Source: Amoebophrya sp. A120
Lineage: Eukaryota; Protista; Dinoflagellata
DNA: 64,000 nucleotides
Reading direction: 5' to 3'
Assembly (NCBI GenBank): GCA_905178155.1
Contig: CAJINV010000002.1
Location: 12,037,621 to 12,101,620 of the forward strand
This document shows, in pieces, positions 13,104-26,231 of the stretch (position 1 is the first letter of the stretch; every line of letters begins with the position of its first letter). The notes under the pieces are model-generated. The model had not been told where the DNA came from and searched no databases. It was given only the letters and a program-made list of their open reading frames with translations. A program made the position numbers and the translations under genes.

Positions 13104-14586
13104 TTGGTGGCAGCGGCAAAACAAGAACTTTGGGGACGAGCGCCCGGGACGAGCGGTGAAATAGCAAGCCGGGACGAGATGATCGTGAAAAATCTAACGA
13201 AAAAAGAAAAAGCAGGACCGAGTTCTTTTATTTCAAGTGTTAGTTACTGTCTGTGATAGGAAGGCTATTTTTTCGAAAATGCGAAGAACTGGAGCGCGGC
13301 AGTGCCTTTTCAATAAAAACTAAATCCAAAATTCACCGAGATCCTCCAAAAAAGACAACTGGAGATGCTCTGAGTTAGAGACCTCAACTTTCACACCAAA
13401 CAGAATGATTTGAGTACATCGTGGACGTGCTCATGATGCTGATGTCCTTCACCTTCTACAATAGATGAACAACAAACCGCAGCTACAGCTGGTTCTACTC
13501 TGCATTGATGTGAGCTCTTTTTCAGCAACGCAAGGACAAAACAAAAAAAAAGAGCCCCCACACTGTTGGTTGTGCGAACATTCATTAACAAAAGTGAGAT
13601 GTTCTCCTTCTCGTTCCACAAACAAAGCCGCGCTTTCGTTCCTTCCAACAAAAAAAAGCAAATGGAAAAAATCTGCTTTCGTTCCTAAAATCAATTCTTC
13701 GTGCGTAAAGGAAGTAAGCGCTGATAAATTCTCAGTGCAAATAAATAAAAAGCCCCATCAAATTTTTCTATGGCATCTCTACGACCTCCCGTAAAAATGT
13801 AAGTGTACACAAATGGCCCCTTAGCTAGTTTAGAAGACGCATGGCAACGAAAGATCAAGCAATAGTTCGTCCAGCTGCTCGCTCACCTTCACTCTTAAAA
13901 CGTAAAAGTGCAAAAAGTGCTTGGCTAGCTGCGCCAGCAGGACACGACCTAAAACCTCTTGATTATTTTGACACTTACTATAACAGTACTAACTTTCTTC
14001 ACGTTCACCTCTTTGACAGGACCCCAGTAGTAGCAGTATTCATGAATGATTTTTGTTGACAAGGAGGCCCTGGTTGGTTTCCGGTGGTGTGCCAGTGTTG
14101 TAGCTATCCCTACAACTGGAGTTGTTTAACGGTGTTTTCGAAGCAAAATTACGTCGATGGGTTTAGGGTTTCTGGGTTACGGTTTTTTAGCTCTCATATT
14201 ATCTGTAGATAGATATGGACACACGATACAGATGACGCGCCCAGAAAGTAGCCTCTTAATACCGTCACACTTGTATAAATGTGAATATTTTTACGCCGAT
14301 CAGCAAAAGAAGCATACGACCACGCGGACTGTGACACGCTAATGCTACCAACACCAAACTTTAGTGGCGACAGGGACAGCACGAGCGCACGACATTCACA
14401 TTCTTTCATGTTGAACTAGCGTAATTTCACTTTTTGTTGCCTCCTTGGTCCTCCTTGCCGCGTCTTCGAGAAGAACTGAAATACGAGCAGTGCTACAGAG
14501 AAGGCTACAACTAAGTACCCTGGCCTAGGCTAGTGCTAGAGAGAGAGAGAATTGCTCACACCATATCTGCTGGCAGCACAGCGAAA

Positions 14587-17500
14587 ATGGACGTGGAACT
14601 GGCGGACCAGGAGGTGCTGGTAGTGGGGGACGGCGACTTGTCGTTTTCCTGCTCCTTCGCGCTGCACATCAACGACATCAAGCAGCTGACCGCCACCGTG
14701 TACGAAAAGGAGGACGAGTTTCGGCGGCGATACGGGGAGATGAGCGAGACCGCGGGGCTGGTCAACCTGAAAACTCTGGAGATGTACGGCTGCAACCTGC
14801 TATTCGGCGTGGACGCGACCAACATCTACGACAGCCTGGTCAAGTCCGGGGTGATCCCGGCGGGGTCCTGGGAGTTCAAGAAGTACGACTGCGTGCTGTG
14901 GAACTTTCCGTACCCCATCGAGTGGCGCGCGTGGAACGTGAAGGAAAAGTCCACCGCCCTGCTGCGGAACTTTTTCGCGTCCGCCCGCCACTTCGTGAAG
15001 GCAGAGGGGCACCTGCGGATCGCCCTGCTGATGAACCAGTACGATAACTGGCGGATCGAGGAGAGCTCCCTGGCCGCGGGGCTCCGGTTGGAGAGGATGG
15101 AGAAGTTCGAGAAGGGGAAGTACAAGTACTACTGCAACCGGTACGGGGACGACCGGGAGCAGACCGTGCAAAAGTCCGCCGACTACATCGACCGAGGCAA
15201 CCCGCACTACTTCATCTTTCGCCACGCGGCTTACGTGGCCCGTAAGGAGAAGGAGAAACTGATGGAACGGGAGCTGCAAAAGCGCCAGCTGGAATGGCAC
15301 GTACACCAGAAGAAAATGGCGTTCCTCAAAGAACAGCAGATGCAGCGGACCACATCGTCAAGGGCCTGGCCCGTCAATGGTGGAACAACAACTACAGGCG
15401 GTGCCGCACCGAGCAGTACTTCTACTAGTACTACCCTGGAACTTATCAACAACCTGACATCAGCAACGGGCACAACGACCTCGAACCGCCAGGGAGGTGG
15501 GCGTGGGGGTGGTGTGACGCTTGCTAGCATCAACTTCGGAGCTGCTCCAGTGGTCTCGGGGACTTCTACTTCCAGCGCTTCTGCGGCTAGGCAGGACGGG
15601 TTTTCCTTTGGATCCCTCGTTGGAGGCATCGGGAGAACGACTCCCCGCGGTGCAGCGACCAACTCAACATTGAATCCACTGCCTACGAAACAGATCGTTA
15701 CCACCTCGAACAGTAGTGTGGTGAATCGCCCACCGGCTGCTGCGACAAACCAGCAGAGCCTCCTGGAAAAGGTGTATCCACCGCAAGCAGCTGCTCTTGC
15801 AAGCACAACTGCAGCGGTCGCTGCCCGTGCGCAACCACAGGCTAGTACGATGAATTTTTCTCCGCCGACTTCTCCGGTCTTGCCCATTCCTCCGCCAAAC
15901 ACGCACTCGGCTCCTGGTGCAGCTTCTAGTGCTGCAACTTCTACTGGTGGTGTCAACAATCACAATAAGTTGCTGCTGCAACAGCAGCTCCCGACCGAGC
16001 GAGAGCTGCTGTTGTTGCAGCAGCAGAAGAGGCAGCAAGTACAGACACAGCAGCAGGCTGCGGCCACCGCTGCCGCGGCTCCTGTTCTTGCACCAGGTGG
16101 GTCCGCCTCGGTGGAGCAAACCACTGCGCCCGTCGCTGCAGGGACAACTTCTACAGGCCCGGCGAACGGGATGAGCCGCGTGAAAGCGCCCGGTGCCTCG
16201 TACCCGGGCCACCTGATGCGGGACCAGGACGGCAACGTGACGCTGATCTTGAACGGAACCCGGCCGTGGACGTTGAGGGGGTTCCGTACGCGCTGTCCCG
16301 ACGTGAAAGCGATGGAATTGAAACAGCATACTGACGGCTACTTCTACTACAGAGATGGTAAGAAGTTCTTGTGCGCATCCATTTATAAGAAAGAAGTATC
16401 GTGGCTGCAATTGTGCATGGCTTCCTATTGCTCCTTTTGCTCGTGATTTAGATGATATAGATATTGCTTGTAAGTGGAATTTCATTGCATTTGCGCTTGC
16501 GGCTCCCTGGAGGTCGGAAACCTCTACCTGGTTTTGAACGTGTGACGTGACTGCGGTCTTGTTTCCACAAGCACTCCTTTTCTGTTGGAATAAGTACGAA
16601 CATTGATGATTTTCTACGAAACTTCAGGCCACGTGGTGCACTTGACGGAGAAGGAGCGCGAGATGATTGTCCGTGCGAAGCAGCAGATCGGAGAAGGGAC
16701 GCCCGCGGCAAAAGCGCCCCCGGCGGCGCCACCCGCATCGGTCCTTCTCGGCTCGTCTGCGAGTGCGAATGACGGAAATGCGGCTTCCACCGTTGTTGAC
16801 CTAGCACCTGATGGCAATGGGAATGCAGAATCTGCTCCGGCGGGTGGCAGCGCCAGTCGCTTGTGGACCACTTTGTCGACTGCCGCTGCCGGCGATAATT
16901 CTACTTCGGGCGTGCGTGCGAAAATCCGCAGTGCGGGAGCAAATGTCGGCACTGTAGTGCCCACCCACGCCACCGCCGCGTCATCTGATCGCAATGTTGT
17001 CCCCGCTGCGACCTCTGTTCCTAGTGGCGATGTTGTTATTTCCAGCTCCACGACTGCCTACCAGCTGCAGCTCTCGACCCCAAACCAGGCAACTGCGAAG
17101 GCCGCAGTCCCGGCAGCCCCCGTGGCTAGCGCGCTCGCCGGCGCGGGTGGTGCCTCTGAAACCACTGCCAGTGCGATCCCCAAGAAGAGGACGCTTGCAG
17201 AAGTGAATGCCTTGCAGCAAAAACAGAAAATATTGCTGGTAAATAGGAAAAAAGGAGAATACAAAGCAACATCGGCCTCGGCAGGTTTAGGTGCCGCTTC
17301 GTCGAGCAGTGCCAAGGCAGCATCTCTGCAGGCGGTTCGAAAGAGCAACGACAAGGTCGCGCCAGCTTCCGCGTCAACAACATCACAGACTAAAGCAACA
17401 TTGAGGATCCAACCCGATGGGTCGCTCACGCGCGTAATCGGCAAGTCCTCTAGTCCTGCGCCACCTGCAGGAGCTGTGGCACTTTTGTCTGATGTTGCCA

Positions 17501-18716
17501 ATAAGGGCAATACCACAACACGAACATCAGTGCAAGAAACAAGAGTCCTGCCCCCGCCCTCCGTCGGTGCGGCAGTGCAAAGAGTCCTGCCGCCTCCCGC
17601 GGTCAGCAGCAGCACGGGCTTGCAAGACAAAACACGGGAAAGAAGCAGCAACACCCGGAATGATGGTACGAATCTGCACACGACCAACACTGAAACCGAG
17701 AGTCCCCGCGCCGGTGCGCGAGGAGGCAGAGATCATGCTCCTACGCGACCACTTTCTACCCGCGCTGCTGCAGATAGCAAGGCTTCCGCTAAAGTGACGC
17801 CCACATCATCGTCCTCCCTCGTCAACAAAGACGTGCCTCCGCAACAGCGGGGCGCTAGAGGTGCGGTTGTTGCTCCCGCTGCTGATGTAGTGCCGGCAAA
17901 GGCGAAGGCCGTAGCGTCAAGCTTGTTGCCTACAGCAGTAGCGGGTAGCGACGAGGACGTGGGCGAGAAGGAGGCCAAGCGTCGGAAGTTGCTCATCCAG
18001 CGCGCGCAAAGAAGGCACCCCGCGCGGAACGCAGTCCCAGCGCAGGCTGGTGGACAAACTGATAGCACTTCCGATCCAACACGTAGCGCAACCCTGCTAC
18101 GGCAGAACGACGATGAGAACAAAAGGCATGTTGAACAGCAGATCGTTGATCGTCACGCTTCGAGAAAAATCTACAGCGAACAGCCCACCTCCACGTCGCA
18201 CGCGGCCGAGCATCAGAGCAATAACCCCTTCCACGGAGAGGATGCTTGGGCGTCGACGGATTTTCACCCTGGCGACTACAACGACACGACCGGCGAGGCG
18301 GAGGCGAAGACGGCTGCTTCAGGTATCACGGAAGTGTGATGATTGTGCTTGATTCATGTTCTTGACAAAGACATCAACAAAGGCTCAACAAGATAGCAGG
18401 TCGGAGGTACCTGCTCGTCCAAGCGCGCGGCGCGTTCAGATGATGGCCACTCGCATATTACTATATGTATCCATCCGCTGTGCTTCTGGATCTGGCTCTG
18501 TGGTGCTGAAGAAAATGTTTGATGTATCCTATCCCCGCCTTAAGACCAGAGAGATGATCATCAGAGCACACGCGCACAAATGACTGCTCAAATTCTCCAG
18601 GTACAACAGCCGCAGCAGTACTAACAGACGAGGCAGCGGCGCGAGCAGAACGCACCTCAAAACTGATTGCGCTCGCTAAAAAAGTACAGAACGGCGGGAA
18701 CAGAACTCAGAAGTGA
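14587..18716 (+). CDS. 25S rRNA (uridine-N3)-methyltransferase BMT5-like (DUF2431) domain plus long low-complexity tail; 3 exons
   Basis: Motifs VLVVGDGDLSFS, LTATVYE, NLKTL...LLFGVDAT, YDCVLWNFP, LLRNFFASA. In-frame introns 16358-16627 (G|GTAAG..TTCAG) and 18323-18600 (G|GTATC..TCCAG). Stop TGA at 18714-18716. Confidence 0.85.
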
Positions 18717-19849
18717 ACATGATCTCATCTGCTCACTCTCTGAGTTTTCTTGTTTTCCGTCTGTACTTACAACGCGATCCGTATCAGCAGCACAGTGTTC
18801 CGCGAAATCGAAACTTCCGCAAGTTTTCAAATTTCAGACCACACCGACAACTTCGTCAGTGTGTGGTCTACCTTTAACCACCGGCGACACAGATGTGATT
18901 AGTTGTTGTGAGTGGCGAGTCCACATCATGCAGATGCAGCTGCAACTTCTACTTTGGCAGCGACACCATTCACTTTCTCTTTCGCGACAACCGGAGCAGT
19001 CACACGTGCGTCCCTGCGTCCAGCAAGACAAGGTCAACGACAGCTGATCTTCTACATGTTCTCCCGGAGTGAGCAACGTGCGGCCGTGTTATTTTCAAGC
19101 TTTCTTCACTGCCATTTACCTGTGGCTCCTCCTTTTAAGTAGCTACCACAGCAGAAGCGGATGAAGAATGCTGTTAGTTTAATATGGGCAGAACAAAACG
19201 CACTTGACTTTGGAATATCAGTTCTGTTCCGCTGCGTACTGACGTTCCACGCACATATTGCGACTCTTGTGCGTGCCTTCCCTTTTCAAGCAGAGTAGTA
19301 TTTGTCACATGACGATAAGGCACATCAACGACAATGTACTTAGTGCTGCTGACAGCAAGAACTTACTACCGCACGCTTGACGTCTCCTTCGCAGTGCTCT
19401 CCTGGAGAGCTGGTTTTGCGCCAGGCTCCTTTCACTTCTTGATAAGTACGCTGACGATCACCGTCCTTCATTGCAAAACGCATCGACCAGTCTTCGCAAA
19501 GCCGTTCGGTCTAAAGTGTTTGCCTGTGACTTTAGTTGTCTCGCGACGTCTATTGCTCACTTTTTCTGGGGTGCCTCGCTGACATTCCCAATTTTTTATA
19601 TCAGTCTTGTCCTGCAAGTGCAACAGCAAGCCAGACAAAACCTCCCGGACTTTCCACATTCGGAGCGCCACCGCTGCAGCAACATCGCGGCTTCTGTGTT
19701 TCCTGAAATTCGGGCTCGTCTGGTCTTCTGTTTTTGATGCTCGTCTTCCGTTTGATTCGTTGGCTTTAGTCATCTCGGTCTTGAATGTCGGTCCACAGTG
19801 CTTCCTGTTGTCCGCAAACCAGAAACAAGCGGCCGCAATATTGTCGTGG

Positions 19850-22800
19850 AGGCCAGCCCGACGACAAGGGAGAACGATGCAAGGTTATTGGCGGACTTTT
19901 TTTTTCCCGAAAAAGCAAGAAAGACGCAAAAAACAAAACAAAGCTGCGCCGCGGCCGAGGAGGGCGGCGGCGATTTAAAAAAAACCCGCGCGGCCGCGCA
20001 AGCGCAAGGCCGGCAAACCAGAAGCGCCGCGCCGCGGGCCCGGCCGACGCGTGACGGCCCGCCTCGATACAAAAAAGCGCGCGAAAGACGCGCAGTGCCC
20101 GCGCCTTGTGCGCGGGTTGCCCGGCGGCCCAATGGTTTGGGCCGCGCGCCCGGGCGGCGGCCCGGGCGGCCCCCATCCCCGCGCGACCAGGCGAGCCCCC
20201 GCACATCCGCCCGTCGGGAGCATTGGGCGTGGTTTATCCGGCCGCGCTCGCCCGACTTTCCTGTTTTGCCCGCTGCCCGGGGCCGCCGCGAAGTCGCGAC
20301 GCCAAAGAAAGAAACAAGGGAACCGCGAGGCGCGACAAGAAAGAGAAGACCTCCGGGCACGCGCGGGCGCCGCCGCCCTGTTTCTTTTGCCAGCCGGCCC
20401 GCAGGCGCGCACCCCTTCCCCGTCCCGCGTGCCTCTTTGCTTCGCCTCGCCCGCCAGCGCCGTGCTGCTAGCCGGCCTGATTGAGGCCGCCCGGTCGAGT
20501 TCCGGGGCCCACCTGGCGGAGCTGTCCAACGTATTTCCGGGGAGGCGCCCTGGAGTCTGGAAGCATGCGGGCAAATGCAAAAAAAAGAAGCGAAAGCGCC
20601 CGCGGATAGCGGGGATGCGCGCGCGCCTGGTAAATTCATGCGCGCCCGCGCGAGCGGCAACGGCAAAGGCCAGGCCCCTGGCATGCGGCGCGCGCGGTCG
20701 CATTGGTGCTAGAGGGTGGGCGCGCTCGCTTCTCTGGCTGCGCCCATGGAGGGATGTTTTTGTGTCTGCTTGCATCGTCGCCAGCCCCCACAGTGATTCC
20801 GCTCGTCTTGTTTTGTTTATTTGCTGCCGAGGCAGCGTCGCCCCGAAAATAAAGAAAAAGAATCGGACTGCAGACGCGAGGGCGAGAGCAAGCGCGTGAG
20901 AGAGTGAGCGAGGCGAAAAGGCGAAGGCGCCAAATCCAGTAGCGGCCAACGTCTGAACGCGAGAGGCCGAGGAGTGGGAGCGAGGCTGTTGAGGCAAGGA
21001 ATTCGGCGAAGCCGGTCCGGCCCCCTGCGTGTGGGAGACCGAATGCATGAGAGAGAGGCAGCAAAGGCCTTCGGCAATATTTTCACAAAATCAAAGAAAA
21101 ATCAGCCAGGAAGAAGGAAGCAAGCACGGCGACCCGCAGGAATTGACGAGCGGAGGCGGGAGATGGCTCGTGGCCATGGCGCGTGGCCGGCGCTTTTTTC
21201 GCTTCACCATCCAGATAACCCGACCGACGCGGGCGCCTCGACCCGGTGCGATGGCCTAGGATAGTCCCGGCATGGTGGCGCGAGCGACCCGCTCGCTGAC
21301 AGACATGCTGCAAAGAAACAAGCGGAGTCGGAGAGCCTGCGCGCGGTTCAGAAAATAGCACTGTGGAGGCCCGCGCAAATCAGTAGCGCGACACGCGGAG
21401 CACCCAGCTGGCGGGACCAAAGGAGGCCCCGGCGAACAATCGAAGTGCGGCGCTTGGCAGCAGAAGCAGATCGGCCGGCACCGGACGAAGCACCCACGGC
21501 GCTGCCCCTTGTCACCTGCCCAAAAACAGTTGAAATATGACAAAAAACAAAGCCGAAGGCGAAGGCAGGGCGGGCCGTTGGTTCGGCGCCATCCCAGCAG
21601 CCCCCCGCTCGCTTGCCCTCGCCCCGCAGGCCAGTCGGAAGCCCCCCCCGTAGTATGTAGGCCCAAAAGCGGGAGGCGGGCCCGCCCCCGCCCGGGCAGA
21701 TGAAGGGCCGGGCGCTGACAAAGAAGGGGGCCGGGCGGAGAACAGGCGTGCGTCCTGACCGGCCGCGGGGGCGGGCGCCGCGCGCTGGTTTTCCATCCAG
21801 CCTTTGGCGGGGCCGCGCCCCGTGTTGGTTTGCCTTTGGCGTGTCCCGCGCCGGGGCCGCCTGGCTTCCCCGAGTGGAGCCCCGGCCCGCGCCGGTTGTG
21901 CTGTATAGTTATCATTCGTTGCCGGCACGGCTCCGCGCGCGCGCCGCGGGGAGGTCTTCATTGAGAACAAAAGGCCAAAATGCTGCCGAAGTTCCTGCGC
22001 CGCGCGCGCCGCCCCCCTGCGAAGCGTGTGGCGCGGGGGCTGCCCCGGAGAAGCGGCGCCCGGGGGCTGTGCAGGAAGCGGAGCACGCCGGAGACAGTGC
22101 CGCCGGCCTGCCTATCTGCCTTCGCTTTATTTTTTGACTTGCCGCAAGCGCAAGCCTTCGCCGGGGCGCCCCCCCAGCGCAAAGAGACAGCGGCGGCCAC
22201 TTCGCGCGCGTGATTCGGCCCCGAAACCGCCGGCGCGCGGAGCGTTTGGCCTTTGGCGCTGCCCCCGGCCCGCCCGGCCAGTCTGGGGCTCGGGTTTTTC
22301 AGTCTTGCCCGGTTTTTTTGCCCGGCCCCCATTCATTTCAACATTGCCCTACTTGCCCGACCCGGTAGTCCGAGTCGCATCCATGCGCCCGCAAGTATAG
22401 GTTGCCAAGTTGCCGGGGCGGCCAGCGGCTGCGAACGCCGGACCCGACAGAGGGCCTCTCGCTTGACAAGCGAAACGCAGCGCGAGCGGGCTGCCGGGCT
22501 ACGTGTGTCTGTGGCGAGCGAGGCGACAGAAGGCGGCTGCTGGTCGGTGGTCTGCTTTTAGGTGATGCGGCTGGCTGCGCCTCCCGGGCACGCCCGAACG
22601 AAGGGCCGCCCCGCGGACGTGCGAGCGCTGCTTGCTGGATCTGCGCCCGGAAGGCCCGCCCCCCTCCTATGGCCTCCGCAAGTTTGCTGCCTGGAGCCGC
22701 AAAGTTTCCTGGCACCAGCAAAGTGGCGGAGCCCACGGCGCGCGACGCAACATGCCCAATGAGCAGCCGTCGATCCTGTCACACTCTATGGATGTGCCAC

Positions 22801-22990
22801 TGCAGCCGCGTTCCACCCTTTCATTCTTTTTTCGCTTTGCCGCCGCTTCACCAAGGTGCGCGCTTCGAACGGCTTCCGCACGTGGATTTCAACGTGGCCC
22901 CCAGCACTGAGCTTGACACATTCATCGGACAACACGAGAACGGCGAAGACTGGTCGGCCGCACGGCAATGACGGCGTTGGTCATTTTTAC
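19850..22990. other. Very GC/CpG-rich, apparently non-coding ~3-kb block broken by oligo-A/T tracts; probable interspersed repeat (boundaries approximate)
   Basis: Clear compositional shift from the flanks. Only short overlapping Arg/Ala/Pro/Gly ORFs on both strands, none with a recognisable domain. Confidence 0.45.
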
Positions 22991-24452
22991 AAGGGAAATA
23001 GGTACGGCCCAGGTAGTTTTTGGCTCCTTAGCTGCTTGCTGTTTTTCGCTCTGGCAAAAGATGGCGAGCTGTCTCTTATTGGTTGCCTTTTCGTTTTCTT
23101 TTGCTTTTTTATTTTTATTTTTTTTCCTATTTGTAGTGTACGCATAAAGTTGGATTGAGATATACAAATAGCAGGTCGGCGCCTTCAGACAAAAGAAAAA
23201 CCAACGAACGCTGTAGCGCAGCATGCCAATTCTTCAGAATGGTTGCGCCGCTTGGTGATTCCTTCTCGTGTCTTGGGCTCAACTTCATCGATACCTGACT
23301 GCGTTTCAAGCGAAACGAAATCTGTTATGCGATGTGCATGTGTGTGACGCTGTTGCTTTCGGTGAACAACTGCGAGGTACGAGATGCGTCACACAATTCG
23401 TGATCGGCATAGCGTTTTATGGTGAAGATCCAACTTTGATTTTTGCAAGCGACTCCCTACACCCAGGAACATAAATAGTGGTAGTGCGGCAGACAGTTAC
23501 TCGCTCGACTCAAGAAGCGAGCACGCCGTGAAAGGCGGAGAAGCCTGCTCTCATTGATATTGAAATGAACCGCGGACAGCGGCTGAACACATACACCTGC
23601 TCCATTTTTCACCTTTGGAAGCATGATCTTGATCGCCATCACACGGGCCAATCCGCCTGCTAAAGCGAGCACAAGCTGTATTTCGATAAGAAAGAAACAC
23701 ACAAGAATCCACCTAAAAAATCTTCGCTGTTTTGCTACTTTGAAAATTATCTCAGCAGAAAAAGAAAAACTCCCTGTGCCTTGACATTGGTTTGCATGCA
23801 TGGCGACAGACGTCGCATAAACATAATCGACCTCTGAGGACGTGATGCATAACAATCACAATCAGAAATATGCATAACTGTCTTGATAGATAATGCCACA
23901 ATTTGATGTAGCTAAAATAGTTTCGTAGTCTCGCAATGGGGCAATGCCATAATTAGTGCTGCACTTCTCAACATGCAGCAGATGCGCCTTTCTTTTTGTT
24001 TCAGTTTCACGTTCGAGCACACAAAGAACCAACGCAATTTGAGAAAATTACATTGATTGATTGCAAGAAAGGCGATAATCTTGATGCGCCTTGATTTCGG
24101 CTGCAAGTTGAAGATTGTGCGGCACCTGTAATCGCTGCCGGACAAGATGCACAGAATACGAACACAAAATAAAACCAGGCCTAGCTGCGCTTGCCACATC
24201 ATTGACTTGTGATGCGCGAGTTCATTGTTCTGCATCTATCTGCGATCTGTTCTTATGGTCGTGATTCGGCATTTTTCATGGAACATTTTTATCTCTGTGA
24301 TTTCATACGAGTGAATCTATCATAACCCTAATCCCATTTCATTCCATATAAACAGAAAAGAATTGAGATGGATCTATGAAATAGAAAAAAAATCCAATGA
24401 GGCTTTCGTACGCAAGTTCTCGATGACTTCGGGCTAGCAGCAATACTCACAT

Positions 24453-26231
24453 ATGAACAATGTGTTGAAGGTCATGAGCAGAGAGTTGTTCGCGCTGATA
24501 AGCGCATGGTTGTGGCATGATGTGGTGCAGAGTTCGGCCACTGGTGGCGGCGCGACGGCTGCTATGGAGAGTCTGCGCCCAGGAGCATTTGCGAAGGCAT
24601 CCGGGGATGTGGGTGGAAGTGGCGCAAGCCGCCAACAAGCTACTACAGCGACAGAGACCTACAACGTGGCGCAAGCCGCCGCCAGTACCTACAACGACAG
24701 AGATCGGAGTGGACAAGAGCGAGGCGACCGCGTTGGGTGGTTTACTGTTGGCGAGCCTTTTCTCGGGGACGACTATGACACTGAAACCGGCAGCGGTGAG
24801 GCAGCTGGCGCCCAAGAAAGTCAAGCGACTGCTGCATGCCCGATCGTGCAGGAGCTTGAAGAGGCGAAAGCGGCAGTCGCGGCATTTGAGGCAGAAAGCA
24901 GCGGAAAGAACGAGACAAACCGCTTCGCCTACGTCTTTTTCATCGGGAACCACGAACCAGACAAGTATGCCTGTTCCGCTGGGGTGAACGTACAACGCCT
25001 CCGCCAGCTTGCTCCCAATTTTCCGGTGGACTACGTTGCGCTCGTGCCTGAGAACAACCCGGCGATCAAACAAGTGCTGGACAGCATGCACACGAATTCC
25101 ACTCCCGGGACTGTGGCCTTTATTGGCACCGGCGAAGAAGAACATACACGCACGGAGGAGCAGCAACTCCACGAACTTCTGTCGGAGAGACTCCGCTTTT
25201 TCGACCACGTGATACCATACACGGAGTCGAGCACGGAGAACGCGACCAGCCGAGGCAGGCTGCTAAGGAGAAGTGCACTATCGGCACCCGCAGAAGTTGT
25301 GCAAGAGGCTGAAGATGATCAAGATTTGACATACGAAGATCGGGATCGGATTTCCACCATGACAGCCTTTATGATCGCTTCGACCTCCTCGCAGGAGCGG
25401 GAGCCTCTTTTCGACAGCTTTCCGACCGCCGACGGGAATGCAGCTCCGTCGATTTCCAAGAGCGCTTACTACTCCGGGTTCCACATGAAATTCGAGGCGT
25501 GGTCTTTAACTCAGTACGAGCGGGTTGTCTTGCTGGACGCTGACTCCTTCGTGCTGAAGAGCTTGGCGCACCTCTTTCTGCTCCCGAAGGAGTACGCGTT
25601 CGCCGCACCGTTTGCGTATTGGTTCGTGCGCAAGAAGGCGGACGACTCGGCACGGCCACGCATGCGACTTACCATGTGTAGCGCGATGTTGGTGTTGACG
25701 CCGAGCGAGGCCGTGTATTCGGAGTGGAGGAAGAACGTCGAGCAGAGAACCACCAGAGACTACGACATGGACATCATAAACAAAAAATACAGACTTCCGG
25801 ACGACGAAGCTTGTGGAGTGGGTGATGCCGCGCTCCTGCCGCCGACCTACGCGGTGCTGAATTCGCACTGGGAGAAGGAGCTGCATGGGGCCCCGAATCC
25901 CGCAGCCGATCCCATTTCGTTCGAAGGTGGACCCTTCAAAAGGCTGAGAGAGGTTCGGCCAGACTTGTACGAAAAGATGATGCCGTCAACAATGCCAGCC
26001 TACTCCGGTGACGATCTGCTGCAAAACGCGTATCTTATCCACTGGACGGCATTCGGTAAACCGTGGCACAAAGACGAGGACACATATGTCCAAAACTTCT
26101 TCCCGAGCCTCCAGAGAAGAGCCGTGTGTCCTTACTTTTCAGGGTGGGAAAACATCGGCTGTCCCCGCAACATTGGCGACCAGCCGCCGGCCTCCTGCAA
26201 CAAGGACACGAATTACTTTCATCACGGATAA
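24453..26231 (+). CDS. Glycosyltransferase family 8 (GNT1/glycogenin-like), hydrophobic N-terminus
   Basis: KFEAWSLTQYERVVLLDADSFVLKSLAHLFLLP (DxD), APFAYW, SAMLVLTPS, YDMDIIN, LIHWTAFGKPW. The APxAYW and YDMxIxN motifs resemble fungal GNT1-type GT8 proteins. Confidence 0.88.
   Translation: MNNVLKVMSRELFALISAWLWHDVVQSSATGGGATAAMESLRPGAFAKASGDVGGSGASRQQATTATETYNVAQAAASTYNDRDRSGQERGDRVGWFTVGEPFLGDDYDTETGSGEAAGAQESQATAACPIVQELEEAKAAVAAFEAESSGKNETNRFAYVFFIGNHEPDKYACSAGVNVQRLRQLAPNFPVDYVALVPENNPAIKQVLDSMHTNSTPGTVAFIGTGEEEHTRTEEQQLHELLSERLRFFDHVIPYTESSTENATSRGRLLRRSALSAPAEVVQEAEDDQDLTYEDRDRISTMTAFMIASTSSQEREPLFDSFPTADGNAAPSISKSAYYSGFHMKFEAWSLTQYERVVLLDADSFVLKSLAHLFLLPKEYAFAAPFAYWFVRKKADDSARPRMRLTMCSAMLVLTPSEAVYSEWRKNVEQRTTRDYDMDIINKKYRLPDDEACGVGDAALLPPTYAVLNSHWEKELHGAPNPAADPISFEGGPFKRLREVRPDLYEKMMPSTMPAYSGDDLLQNAYLIHWTAFGKPWHKDEDTYVQNFFPSLQRRAVCPYFSGWENIGCPRNIGDQPPASCNKDTNYFHHG

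Noticed and set aside
14158-14180. Interstitial telomeric repeat (GGGTTTAGGGTTT)
   Set aside because: Only one full TTTAGGG unit; compatible with chance.
19766-22971. Many Arg/Ala/Pro/Gly-rich ORFs on both strands
   Set aside because: Expected from stop-poor GC-rich DNA; no domain or consistent codon bias.
23010-23030. Relic dinoflagellate spliced leader (TTTTGGCTC)
   Set aside because: Only a 9-nt match to the 22-nt leader, and not at a gene start.
24453-26231. GT8 as a LARGE orthologue completing a matriglycan pathway
   Set aside because: The motifs look GNT1/glycogenin-like, there is no GT49 domain, and it lies in the opposite gene block.
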